Shown piece by piece: positions 23,331 through 34,400 of a DNA stretch of 64,000 nt. The notes under the pieces were generated by a model that made no database searches, was not told where the DNA came from, and saw only the letters and a program-made list of their open reading frames with translations. The DNA is from Octopus vulgaris. Lineage: Eukaryota. The stretch spans positions 207,204,001-207,268,000 of the forward strand of contig OX597814.1 of NCBI GenBank assembly GCA_951406725.2, written 5' to 3'. Both the position numbers and the translations under genes were made by a program. Position 1 is the first letter of the stretch, and every line of letters begins with the position of its first letter.

Positions 23331-24442
23331 TGAAAAAGGCTCAATCGATATATTCACCACCACTAACACCATCACCATGGGGTTTGACCTCAGAATGTTG
23401 ACTAATGAAGCTAAAAGCTACAAAGTATTTACTCCGTCACCCTACAGTTTCTGTTAGTCTACCATATTTAGTTCGAACCGCCGAACCTGAGATAAAGGGT
23501 TTCAATCTCTGTTTAAGTGATAATTACTGAGATTGGGTTTTCATATGTCCACAAGCCTCAAATTTGTAAAGACAGATGGTAGTAAAGAATTAAATGAATT
23601 GGCACCTAAGGCATTTGTCTGCGAACACGAAGATTGCCACTTCGAATCTCGTCGTCGGAACTCAGAATGAAGCTTCTATGCGATCAGCCGGAAACAATAA
23701 CCAAATTATTCTAAAAAAAAGAAAAAAAAAAAAAAGGATTTTCTGTTTTGAAAAAATACACGGACACATTAAATAATGTAGGCTATATACCCAATACTCA
23801 ATGTTCGAGAGAAGGAGGCGATGGTTGCTACTAGAGTACTTTTGATCTGTCAGGACTGACCTACAGCAAAACAACAACAACAACAATAACTAGCTAATTA
23901 TTTTATCGTACCGTGGGAACTGAGAATGATATCAACCATGTCGAACAATTTTGCTTTATTTTATCAATCACGGAAAAGTACAACAAGTCATACAAAGCAC
24001 CTCTATGCAGTCACTCGGCCACGAGAATTTGTAACATGTTGTCTATAAAAAGGACGGATTGAATGATACATTCCTAGATTGAGTATGGCATGCTTTTGGT
24101 AGGAGTGTCTTTGATTATAGGTGTACCCAGTCAAGGCTGACCCGTCACAACAATAACGGGCACGACGGAAAAACAGATAGTAAGTTTATGCATTCTACAT
24201 TAAGAATGCAGGTGAACTAAAAGGTATCTTGTAACGCAGGAAAAATTCCCATGAATGCATGAAGAACATTGGCTAATATGTTTAATACGTAATCAATTGA
24301 AGTTACATTCATAGGCTTGGCTGTGTGGTAAACAGTTTACGTCCCAACCACATAGTTCCGGGTTCAGCATCTTGGGCAAGTGTCTTCTTCTATAGCCTTG
24401 AGCCAACCAAAGCCTTGTGAGTGGATATGATAGACAGAAATT

Positions 24443-24578
<136 letters not shown>

Positions 24579-24970
24579 AAAAAACAAGTCAAAATAGAAA
24601 ATGCTAAAATAATTTTATAAAGAACATTTCAGTACCTGTAACGATTAAATAATTAAATTTAGAAAAATTAAAAGAAAAGTTTTTTTAAAGGAATATATGT
24701 ATAGTGTTCAAATATAAGTGGCATTCTGCCTTTCTCTGTCTCCCTTGTTTGCACTTGTGTGTTCGAGGCCGTTGTGAATTCTTGGTAGGGTAGAAGAAGA
24801 AGAAGGTTGATGAGGAGAGGGGGTGGAAAAATTTGGGAGTGCCTTGATGGTCGTATTTTGAATGGTCAGTGACGGCTAGCAGTTGCAGTTCAATTCAGGA
24901 CAATATTTCTATTGAAAGGTTTGTTTATGGAATTTGCGTAGGTGTTATACTAAAAAGCATTAGTAATAAG

Positions 24971-25038
<68 letters not shown>

Positions 25039-25039
25039 G

Positions 25040-26335
25040 GTAGTCTGCTTGGTTGTCTGTATGTTTGTGTCAATTTGCCGAGCAGGGTGGCCAATCTCAC
25101 CTAAAAATGGGCCGAGAAGAAGCTGTCCCTGAAAGGGAGGGCGGAGGTAGCGAATGTATTTATCGCATCCGTCATCACCTACGCCTGCTTTTACGCTTTT
25201 TGTGGAGAGACAGAGGTCCACTGGTTAGATGCTCTATTTGCTGTCAACTACCGCTAAATGGAGGCCTTAGCTGAAAATGCGCAGACATACGCTATGGCTA
25301 AGACATCTCCAGCTCTACCTAGACGATGAACAGGTGTAGTCACCCTTCGTGAAACTCTACTTCCCACAGTTCATCTCATTTAATGAACTGAACTCGTGGA
25401 TCAAACGTAGACTTAGGTTGGGTGCTTGGCAGGCCGAGTGCTGGCTCTCTCGCTTCTCTGCCGAACGGGCAATGCGAGCGGCGGGGGCTCCACCTCGTCC
25501 TTTTATAGCGGGTTAGTGGCTGGTAAGTGCGACGATGTCCTAGGATAGACTCTGGATTCCGGAGAACTTTTGGGCCGGGGACCATGGATAACTACCAGAA
25601 ATCCCTGGCCTGGCAAGGCTACCGAGGAGCTCTGCCTGTTCGCGATAAACTCTTCAGGCACAGATGTGCAGACACGCGGACACGTCCGAGATACGAACAG
25701 AGCAACGAAACTGTTCTGCATGCTATCGTACAGTGTCCGTTGATTTCGGATCTTTGGGTTTACGTAGATCACCTGCTGTCGCATCTGGGAGGAGTACAGA
25801 TATCAACTGAGTCCACCATCAAGATTGTCCTACCTCCTTCCCTTAGCCGGGAAAGGTAGTCAACTTTTCTCCGTTTGGTTGCTATAGCGAAAGGGGTCGT
25901 GTGGTTGACGAGAGCGAAAGGCATTAATTACAACGGGTAACTTTCTCGCAGGTCAAAGTTTATTAAATTATTTTTCTTATTATCTCAAAAGTAAAATAAG
26001 GTGTGTGAGAGAGAGAGGGGGGGAGAGATGTTACCGCCGCGTGTGTTCAGGACTAGATGGATGCAAGTGACGCGATCGTTGAGCGTGAATGTGGCCAACT
26101 TGAACGTACTACCGTAGTCTCCTGTGTGAGAGCAGTGCTGGGTCGTGGCTTATGGGGTCTCCATGCCCAACATTTCATCTAGTTATCTCATCATTATGCC
26201 ATGTCTGATTTCTATCTTGTTATTTCTTTTTGTTCTTCCATCTGCTCAGTCAAACCTGTTGCAGACCCCTAAATGTTCTCGACTGTCCTGTATTGTCCCT
26301 CTATGTCGGTCCTAGAGATCAATAGAGAATTAAAT
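25040..26335 (+). mobile_element. Tx1/L1-like LINE 3' portion (zf-RVT region plus 3' UTR), decayed
   Basis: LLRFLWRDRGPLVRCSICCQLPLNGGL and TFGPGTMDNYQKSLAWQGYRGALPVRDKL...ETVLHAIVQCP...W. Multiple stops and frameshifts. Confidence 0.8.
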
Positions 26336-26583
26336 TTCTTATCGAACAACCACACAGATAAATTGTTTATAGTGATCAAATGTCTGTGTACACATAAGCT
26401 CACTTCCTCCATCAAATCGGCATTACCTGTACAGGTGCAACGGGTGCCACAGGTCAGATAACGAAATGATCGCAGAGCAACGTGTAATGAAGTGCTTTGC
26501 TCAGGAACAATAACGCAACGCCCGGTCTGGGAATCGAACCCACGATCTCGCAATCGCAACACCCTAACCACTAACCCACATAT

Positions 26584-26653
<70 letters not shown>

Positions 26654-26656
<3 letters not shown>

Positions 26657-26925
26657 CACGCTGAGAGTTGCTGAAGCATGGAACAAACTGCCGGCATCAG
26701 TTGTTAGTTGTCGGAGCCCTGCATCCTTCAAAACTTCCATGCTTCTTGAGATTGGCCATCACTACACCTGATTTCCTTCCCCTCCATACACACGCAAGCA
26801 TGTATTGACTTATACACTGTTCACTTCCCAGACATTTGTACATTACTGCATATACTTTATACGCACTTTCTGACAAGTTGTGCTGCACCTGAGCACTGTA
26901 TACAATAATTTCATTATTATTATTA
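26654..26925 (+). mobile_element. CR1-like LINE extreme 3' end
   Basis: FTLRVAEAWNKLPASVV...SFKTS* (CR1 RV...WN.LP motif), then a 3' UTR ending in (TTA)n. Confidence 0.7.
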
Positions 26926-26984
26926 TATATATCGTCAGAAAAAGAAGCACACTCTAAACCATTAGTGCAGTAATATATTTTTTA

Positions 26985-27166
26985 GGGAATTAATTATGGC
27001 CGTACAGAGAGTGACCAGCCATAGTGACCAGTCAAGCACTTATTGGTATAGGCGACTCGTCAGGCCCAAATGGCCATTTGATCTGAGGCGTCGCCTTTAC
27101 TGCTAAGCGCTTTATGGGTGGGAAACCAATGGTCACTCTCTGACCTGCCATAACAATTAAATTCCC
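26985..27166. mobile_element. Fold-back MITE-like element
   Basis: Outer arms GGGAATTAATTATGGC...CAGAGAGTGACCA / TGGTCACTCTCTG...GCCATAA...TTCCC, inner arms TAGGCGAC / GTCGCCTT, central palindrome CAAATGGCCATTTG. Confidence 0.55.
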
Positions 27167-27525
27167 AAAATCTGTGTGTTTGTGTGTGTGTGACTGTGTG
27201 TTTGTCCTCACTCCAGCTGTTTGACAACTGGTGCAGGTGTGTTTAAGTCGCCGTAACATTAGTGGTTCGGCAAAAGTGATCAATAGAATAAGTACAAGCC
27301 TTTAAAAAAGAGATTAGACTAAAAATTCTTCAAGGCGGTGCCCCAGCGTGGCCGCAGTCTAATGACTGAAACAGTTTAAAGAGTATTAAAAAAGCAGTCA
27401 ACTAATCACATCAAATGTTAACCTATAGTATATGTAAGATACTCAAGTTTCTTTTATACAAAATACGTGTTCAAATAATTCTAGTGTGTTTACAGACAAC
27501 TTCGAGCGAAAGATAGCGCCGATAT

Positions 27526-27743
27526 GGCGAGCTGGCAGAAACGTTAGCACGCCGGACGAAATGCGTAGCCGTATATCGTCTGCCGTTACGTTCTGAGTTC
27601 AAATTCCGCCGAGGTCGACTTTGCCATTCATCCTTTCGGGGTCGATAAATTTAGTACCAGTTACGCACTGGAGTCGATGTAATCGACTTAATCTCCTTGT
27701 CTGTCCTCTCTGTGTTTAGCCCCTTGTGGGTAGTAAAGAAATA
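27526..27743 (+). mobile_element. SINE family B monomer
   Basis: Head, core and tail match the family. Short TSD GATAT. Confidence 0.85.
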
Positions 27744-28729
27744 GATATTAGGCATACGTCAAACAAGCTATAGTTTAAAACCGCTCGGTCTGGACTTCCA
27801 AGTAAATATGTTTTCAATTTGTCTGAGGCTGAAAGTAACTTTTTAATGAATTGCCTCCAAGCTACATATATCTTAAGGCCTCACCAAATCTAAATTTACT
27901 GCATGGGAAGAAAGAGGCATTCAATTCAAAGATTAACACAAAATCGAGTTTAGCGCGATTCGAACTCAGAATGTAAATGCCTTAAGGCGCTTTATTTATT
28001 TTGCTATCCAATGTCTGCTTCGCTCTAAAAATGTTACTGTTTTCTAACAAGGTCCCAGGGTCGGAAATTTGCGAGGAAGTGAGAACCGCTGATTATAATG
28101 CCTCTTTTACTTGACCAGTATTTTATTGTATTTAGTCGATAAAGATGAATGGTACTCAGATCATAATGATTACTTTTATTTATAAAGATTTGTTGAAAGA
28201 CCAGTTGCTGAGATACAAAAAATTCTCCACAAATGGTTGAGTAGATAGAATTTGATAGAAGGATTTGGAAGAGTATGATGAAGGTTCGCTAGTGATTTTC
28301 TTTCATGTAAATAAATGTTTTTGTTGATTATAGAATTTGCCAGCAAAATATTATAAAACGACAATGTTTTAAAAGATGTACATGTTTATATGTTATGTAT
28401 GAAAATAAAATTGGTTTGTTTTGATTGATAAAACCCGTCAGTGAACAAACAGGTCGCGGTCTCAAAGCGACGAAAATATTTTGACAAATTAAATTTAAAT
28501 GTTGTAGTGAATGAATCTAACGAATTTTGTGTGTTTTTTTTTTAAATGGCTTATAAACATCTTCCACGCTGCAAAGTACAAAAAAAATATATATCAACTT
28601 TTTTATAATTATGTAGCCAGCTTTTTTTTATTTAGTTTTTAATGACAACATTAAAATGTTGTATATAAAATGTGAGTGAAGGAAAAAGATGGAGTTGAGA
28701 GGAGAGTATGAGATAACCATCACCGCTAG

Positions 28730-29017
28730 CACCACTACTAACTTTACCATCACTAATATATAACCAGCATCACTACAGCCTCTGCCACCGCCACCAACAT
28801 CACTACTACTACTACTACTACTATTACAATCACCACCACTACAACTACTATCGCCACCATTACTCTATTACTACTACTACTGCTACTACTATTACAACTA
28901 TTACTACTACTACTACAATAATCACCACCACTACAACTACTATCGCCACCATTACTCTATTTCTATTACTACTACTACTACTACTACTACTGCTGCTGCT
29001 ACTACTATTACAACTAT

Positions 29018-29048
<31 letters not shown>

Positions 29049-29560
29049 GCCGCTGCTACTACTATTACAACTACTACTACAATAATCACCACCACTACAA
29101 CTACTATCGCCACCATTACTCTATCTCTATTACTACTACTACTACTGCCGCTACTACTACTACTATTACAACTATTACTACTACTACTACTACAATAATC
29201 ACCACCACTACAACTACTATCGCCACTATTCTTTTTATTTTTTATTGTATTTTTTTTTTGTTCTTTTCTTCCCTTTTACGATCCCTCTTGATCGAAAACC
29301 TACGCCACCCCATTTTTTTCATCCCCCCCAAAAGAAAAGCTCTACCTTGTAACTTGTCCCATCTGTGTGCAGCCCTGTGTGGCCAATAAAGAAACTCTAT
29401 CTCTATTACTACTACTACTACTGCTACCGCTGCTGCTACTATTACAACTATTACTACTACTACTATTACTACTAGTACTACTACAATAATCACCACCACT
29501 ACAACTACTATCGCCACCATTACTCTATCTCTATTACTACTACTACTACTACTACTACTA
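28730..29560. repeat. (ACT/ACC)n compound repeat with a higher-order unit
   Basis: Block AATCACCACCACTACAACTACTATCGCCAC recurs five times, separated by (ACT)n. Confidence 0.9.
29232..29394 (+). mobile_element. Tx1/L1-like LINE 3' tail inserted into the (ACT)n repeat
   Basis: Reverse complement of about 5303-5470. The repeat unit resumes directly after AATAAAGAAA. Confidence 0.7.
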
Positions 29561-29985
29561 CCTGTAGCAGAGAACAGCAACAACCGACGAATCGCATGCA
29601 GGAACGTCACGACCGTATTATTATTATGAAGGCGAGGTTTTTCCGTCTGGTGGACTTTCAGTAATAGAAAGAGCAGCAGCAGCATTCAGCAGTAGTGTGT
29701 AACCCCAGGATTCTTTGTAGCAGCGACGTTACGAGCCTCTATAAATATTGTTGGACCGTAGTCTGTTGAGTGGTGTTTAGTTTTTTTTTTTAAACTTTCG
29801 CCCGTTTGTTTAAATTGGGAAAATATAGTCCATTTTTTCTATACTGTAGTTAGGAAAAAAAAAAACGAAAAAAAAAAACGATATACATTCACCACATATA
29901 CAATCTACACCCGACTGTAACCCTCTAAAAAAATACAGCTTGTTTTTTCTATCGTTCTTGTCCCTTATTTCTTCTAAGTGACAGA
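29560..29985 (+). promoter_or_regulatory. Candidate promoter/5' UTR region of flotillin-1
   Basis: Non-repetitive, CpG-containing stretch with TATAAATA at 29740-29747. A pyrimidine tract plus ACAG ending at 29984 could instead be an acceptor for an upstream non-coding exon. Confidence 0.35.
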
Positions 29986-30031
29986 ATGGGATTCGAAGTG
30001 TGTGGACCTAACGAGGTGATGGTCATCTCAG
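29986..30031 (+). CDS. FLOT1: Flotillin-1 (reggie-2), first coding exon; remaining exons not found in the window
   Basis: MGFEVCGPNEVMVIS(G) matches the flotillin-1 N-terminus (human MFFTCGPNEAMVVSG). Consensus phase-1 donor G|GTAAGT splits the Gly codon, which as I recall is also an intron position in vertebrate FLOT1. Confidence 0.88.
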
Positions 30032-30159
30032 GTAAGTTAGTCGTTTATCTTTTCTCTTTTTTCATTTTGTTTCTCACCTTGTTTTTCTCTTTCCACCCCG
30101 CCTTGTTTTCTTGTTCCATTTCTACTTCACTCTCTCTCTCTCTCTCTCCCCCTCTCTCT

Positions 30160-30765
30160 TTTTTCCCATTCTATCTATCCTTCAAGCTCTCTCTCCCCTT
30201 CTCTCTCTTTTCCCATTCTATCTATCCTTCAAGCTCTCTCTCTTTTCCCATTCTATCTCTACTTCAACTCTCTCCCCCTTTCTCTTTTCCCATTCTATCT
30301 ATCCTTCAAGCTCTCTCTCCCCTCTCTCTGTTTTCCCATTCTATCTATCCTTCAAGCTCTCTCTTTTCCCATTCTATCTCTACTTCAACTCTCTCCCCCT
30401 TTCTCTTTTCCCATTCTATCTATCCTTCAAGCTCTCTCTCCCCTCTCTCTGTTTTCCCATTCTATCTATCCTTCAAGCTCTCTCTCGCCCCCTCTCTCTG
30501 TTTTCCCATTCTATCTATCCTTCAAGCTCTCTCTCCCCCTCTCTCTGTTTTCCCATTCTATCTATCCTTCAAGCTCTCTCTCGCCCCCTCTCTCTGTTTT
30601 CCCATTCTATCTATCCTTCAAGCTCTCTCTCCCCTCTCTCTGTTTTCCCATTCTATCTATCCTTCAAGCTCTCTCTCGCCCCCTCTCTCTGTTTTCCCAT
30701 TCTATCCTTCAAGCTCTCTCTCCCCCTCTCTCTCTTTTCCCATTCTATCTATCCTCCAAGCTCTC
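30160..30765. repeat. Pyrimidine-rich minisatellite, 14 units of about 33-49 bp
   Basis: Core TTTTCCCATTCTATC recurs 14 times, usually followed by TATCCTTCAAGCTCTCTC. Confidence 0.95.
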
Positions 30766-32849
30766 TGTTCCTTTTCTCCTCTCTTAATGTGTTTCATCTC
30801 TCTTCACCTAGTTTTCTATTCCGCTTTTCTTTCTCCCTTTCCTTAAAGCTCTCTCTTCTCCCTCCCTCACTCTCACCTATTTTCTCCCTCCCCTTCTCTC
30901 TGTCATTCATTTACACCCAACACACACACGCACAAAACCATTCCTCCTGACGCCCACCTCGTAAACTCCCCCAAAACATCAACAGTAAAATTGATTAAAA
31001 TTGGTTCAGCTTTTGCGATATCAACACAATAACAATAGCAACACTAATAGTAGCAACACTAGTTGTATAGCTTTCTCAAATATTAGTAATTACTATAATG
31101 TATTAGTAGTTGTTGTAATTCAAGTACTGTCAACAGTAGTGGTAGTTGTTGTTTAATCCCAGGTTGGCCATTAGCAAGCAGGCCTATAGTCAAAAGTGTT
31201 CCAACCGTGACAGTCTCGTTTATTTGTCTATAACTATACTGCATCTAAAAACTACGTGATTTTCTGTGTCCCTTCATTTAGGGTATGTTTTGGGGTAGAT
31301 TTCTGACAGATTCGTGGCTCTCTTGCTGATAGTTTAAATTGTTTAGGTCAGCTCTGCTAAAAGAAGACATGATACCCATTTAGGTCGTTCCAAATGTGAC
31401 CAACCCATTTTTTATTCATGCAGTATATCTAGCACTAACATACCCAAGATGTCCTTATCCTTTTTTTTTTAAAGACGACAGCGAGAGATTTATTTGTTAA
31501 TTTCTAAAGTTCATTAGACCACATAGAGGTTAACTCGTTATTTTGTGTGCAGTTTTAGAAATGAATTAATAAAAGAAGTAATTTTCCATTGTAAATCCCT
31601 TTTCTATTGATAACATATACAGTGGCGGTAGTTATTGTGATTATGTTTGTAGTAGTAAGTTGTTTTCTTCACACACCCACTGCAAATTTTTCGTGATTCA
31701 TAAAAAATTATACATTAGAATTTCGTTCTGTTTCAACATGATGTTCGAAAAGTGTTCATGCTGTAACCATCTTATTTTTTTTCTTTTTTTCGTAAATATG
31801 GGGCGCCATTATCCTATATGTCCTTTTAAAAAGATAAGGTGAGGTTTGAGGGATATTTGGTTGCTTTTTCTTCTATATTTTTGCATTTTTTAAGCAGATC
31901 TACCCATCCTGTAGCAGCTATCATGTTGGCTCAGTTACAGAAGGGAGGTTGCTTTCCATTTCTTATAAAGGTCATTAAAATTAGATAGCAGTAACATAGA
32001 AATTGTTCAATCTGATAATAAACTTTCTTTTCGAAAAGAAAAGAAAACAAATGGGTGGAGGTCTGCGAATAGGTCATTCACACAAGTTGGATTTTCTCCG
32101 TTTTGACGAGGATTTTTCAGATCTTTTTTTTTTTTTTCCTTCACTACTTACTACAAAATGATGGGCGCCAACCGACGCCAAAGTAAAGAATTCGTTCAGG
32201 TTGTTTATTTTGTTAATGTTTCTGTATGTAATTAAGAAATATATATTGAGAAAGGTGCAAACAGATCTGAACTTCTGGTAGCAAAAAAAAAAAAAAAAAA
32301 AATGGTAACGGATGCTTGTAAACGAGTGTTTTGTTATTGCTTCCCCTCTTTAATTAATCGAATTAATTGCTGAAAAAAAGGTACTAAAAAGATAATTCCG
32401 TCATGCTACAAATGAAATTAAGATCTCCCCAAATGCTTTACCAGACGTATAAAGAGTTTAATACGTTAATGGTAAGCTGACTGGCTACCTTTAAGTTTAT
32501 AACCAATATCTACTGACATAACATAAACGAGAATCCTCTACATGGGCGCTAGCATGCTAGAACCAGCAGCCAAATTTACTCCAAATCACTTGCTGCTCTC
32601 TTTAACTCACAGGCACATCACAAAGGACATTGATTAAAAAAAAAACAGTCTTGATGATTGTACATGTATCTGCCTGATTAATGCGCTGACCTGGGACTGA
32701 CAAATTAACGATTTGATAATCTGAATTTCAGCAGCAATTTCACTGTTTGTTCTGTTCTGTTTTTCATAATTTTTTAGAAATCAGACAGAACACTAAAAGC
32801 CACCAAAGAAGATATTTTTCATTCAATCCGTGTTTTATTGCGGACACAT

Positions 32850-32929
32850 TCTCTCTCTCTGTCTCTTTCTCTCTCTGTCTCTCTCTCTCTGTCTCTTTCT
32901 CTCTCTCTCTCTGTCTCTTTCTCTCTCTG

Positions 32930-33022
<93 letters not shown>
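32850..33022. repeat. (CT)n microsatellite
   Basis: Directly visible. Confidence 0.97.
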
Positions 33023-33025
<3 letters not shown>

Positions 33026-33949
33026 GGAGTTGTACAATTTGCACTATTAAATCTTAGAAGTACACCTTCCCCAATCGTTGTCGCAGTCATCATTTCTGGC
33101 GTTTCTGCATCGCTTACTTCATACCTGAAGCTCAATATTCTCTCGATTTGTTGCTGTTTAGTCGCGGGAAACTCTGGCTGAGCAAACCTATGATCAAAAA
33201 ATGTGTTTACTCTGACCATCTCATCCTCCTTTCGAACTTCTCGCATCTAAAACTACATTATCTGTTGTCTCTGTCTCTTTAAGATCGTAGGGCAGGGTAT
33301 GAATAAAAATTGCCAAATTTATATATAAAGAACGTGAAATACACGAAGGGACGAACACGGAAAACAGACAAGTCATTCGAAGCCTTCAATCTTCAGTCAG
33401 AAACCGAATCATCATGGCTATATGACTGCTATTTCTAGCAGCTGGTCGAACGAGACTATCTATGGCGTTCTGGTTTTTTATGGCTTGCATCACCATCACC
33501 CTCACCATCAACCCCCGATAGCGTGCTTTTGGTTTTTTTAACTACACTCTAATGTATTTATGGTAAGTTGAGCGTTGATGGTTATGACGTCAAGTAGAAG
33601 CTAGTCTTGCATGATAAAAATCTTGCATTTCATCATATATCAATTAATAAATAATACGAAGGCTTCCCGTGAAGTTTCATTAAGGAGAGTCGGTGTTAAT
33701 TTGCTGTATGTAGTGATGTAATTTTATGTTTCTTGTTTCAATCACGCTTTGGTCAACCTACTTTTCTTCCTTCCGGGGTCATTTAACAAACCAGTCAAGT
33801 ATTGTAGCAGATTTAATCGATTCAACATTTCTAGTCTTGAGCTTTTTTGGGGGGGAAAAAATTATTTTATTAGGGAGCTAGCCCTGAAAGTTGGGACATA
33901 TATCATCTCCGGGTGACTGTCGTGTTTTGGTCCTTTTTTTTCTTCCTTC

Positions 33950-34400
33950 TGATCAAGGCTCTTCAGTTTTTTCTAAGAGATGCATTCAGTTTGTCAAACG
34001 GCTCGTTTACTCTTTCAGCACGCCCGGTACAGAAGACACAGTTTAACGTGGGTGACAATGCGCAGACACACCGCTGACGCTGCAGCATCTGCAGAAATTC
34101 CTATGCATTAAGGTGTGGTCGCTGTTTGTGATGCATATTTTCCTCTTGTTCGTTTATTTGTCGGAGTTGCAATCCTGGGTCAAAGACGAAGATTTGGACT
34201 CCTTACAACTGGAATGTTGTCAGGCGCTCAGTTTTCTAACAATCGGACAGTTTGGTCGGTTAGAACATCAGCTCTTGCATTCTGTTGAGGGTTGGTAGTG
34301 GACAAGAACGCTGGCATTCTCGGAGAAACACTGTACGTTGATGAGGATGAACTAAACAGCCTATTCCAAAAGATTTTCAGCAGTAGGGAGCTTCGAAGAG
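33950..34400 (+). mobile_element. Old Tx1/L1-like LINE fragment
   Basis: ATGCGCAGACA(C/T)AC shared with 25277. ILGETLYVDEDELNSLFQKIF aligns with LDEEQLTSLFGRTF of the 13.4-kb copy. Confidence 0.6.

Noticed and set aside
30160-30765. CRISPR-like array
   Set aside because: The units have no unique spacers, the context is eukaryotic and there are no cas genes. It is a minisatellite.
29986-30846. 286-aa ORF starting at the flotillin ATG
   Set aside because: Homology stops at the GTAAGT donor at 30032. The remainder is read-through into a pyrimidine-rich minisatellite.
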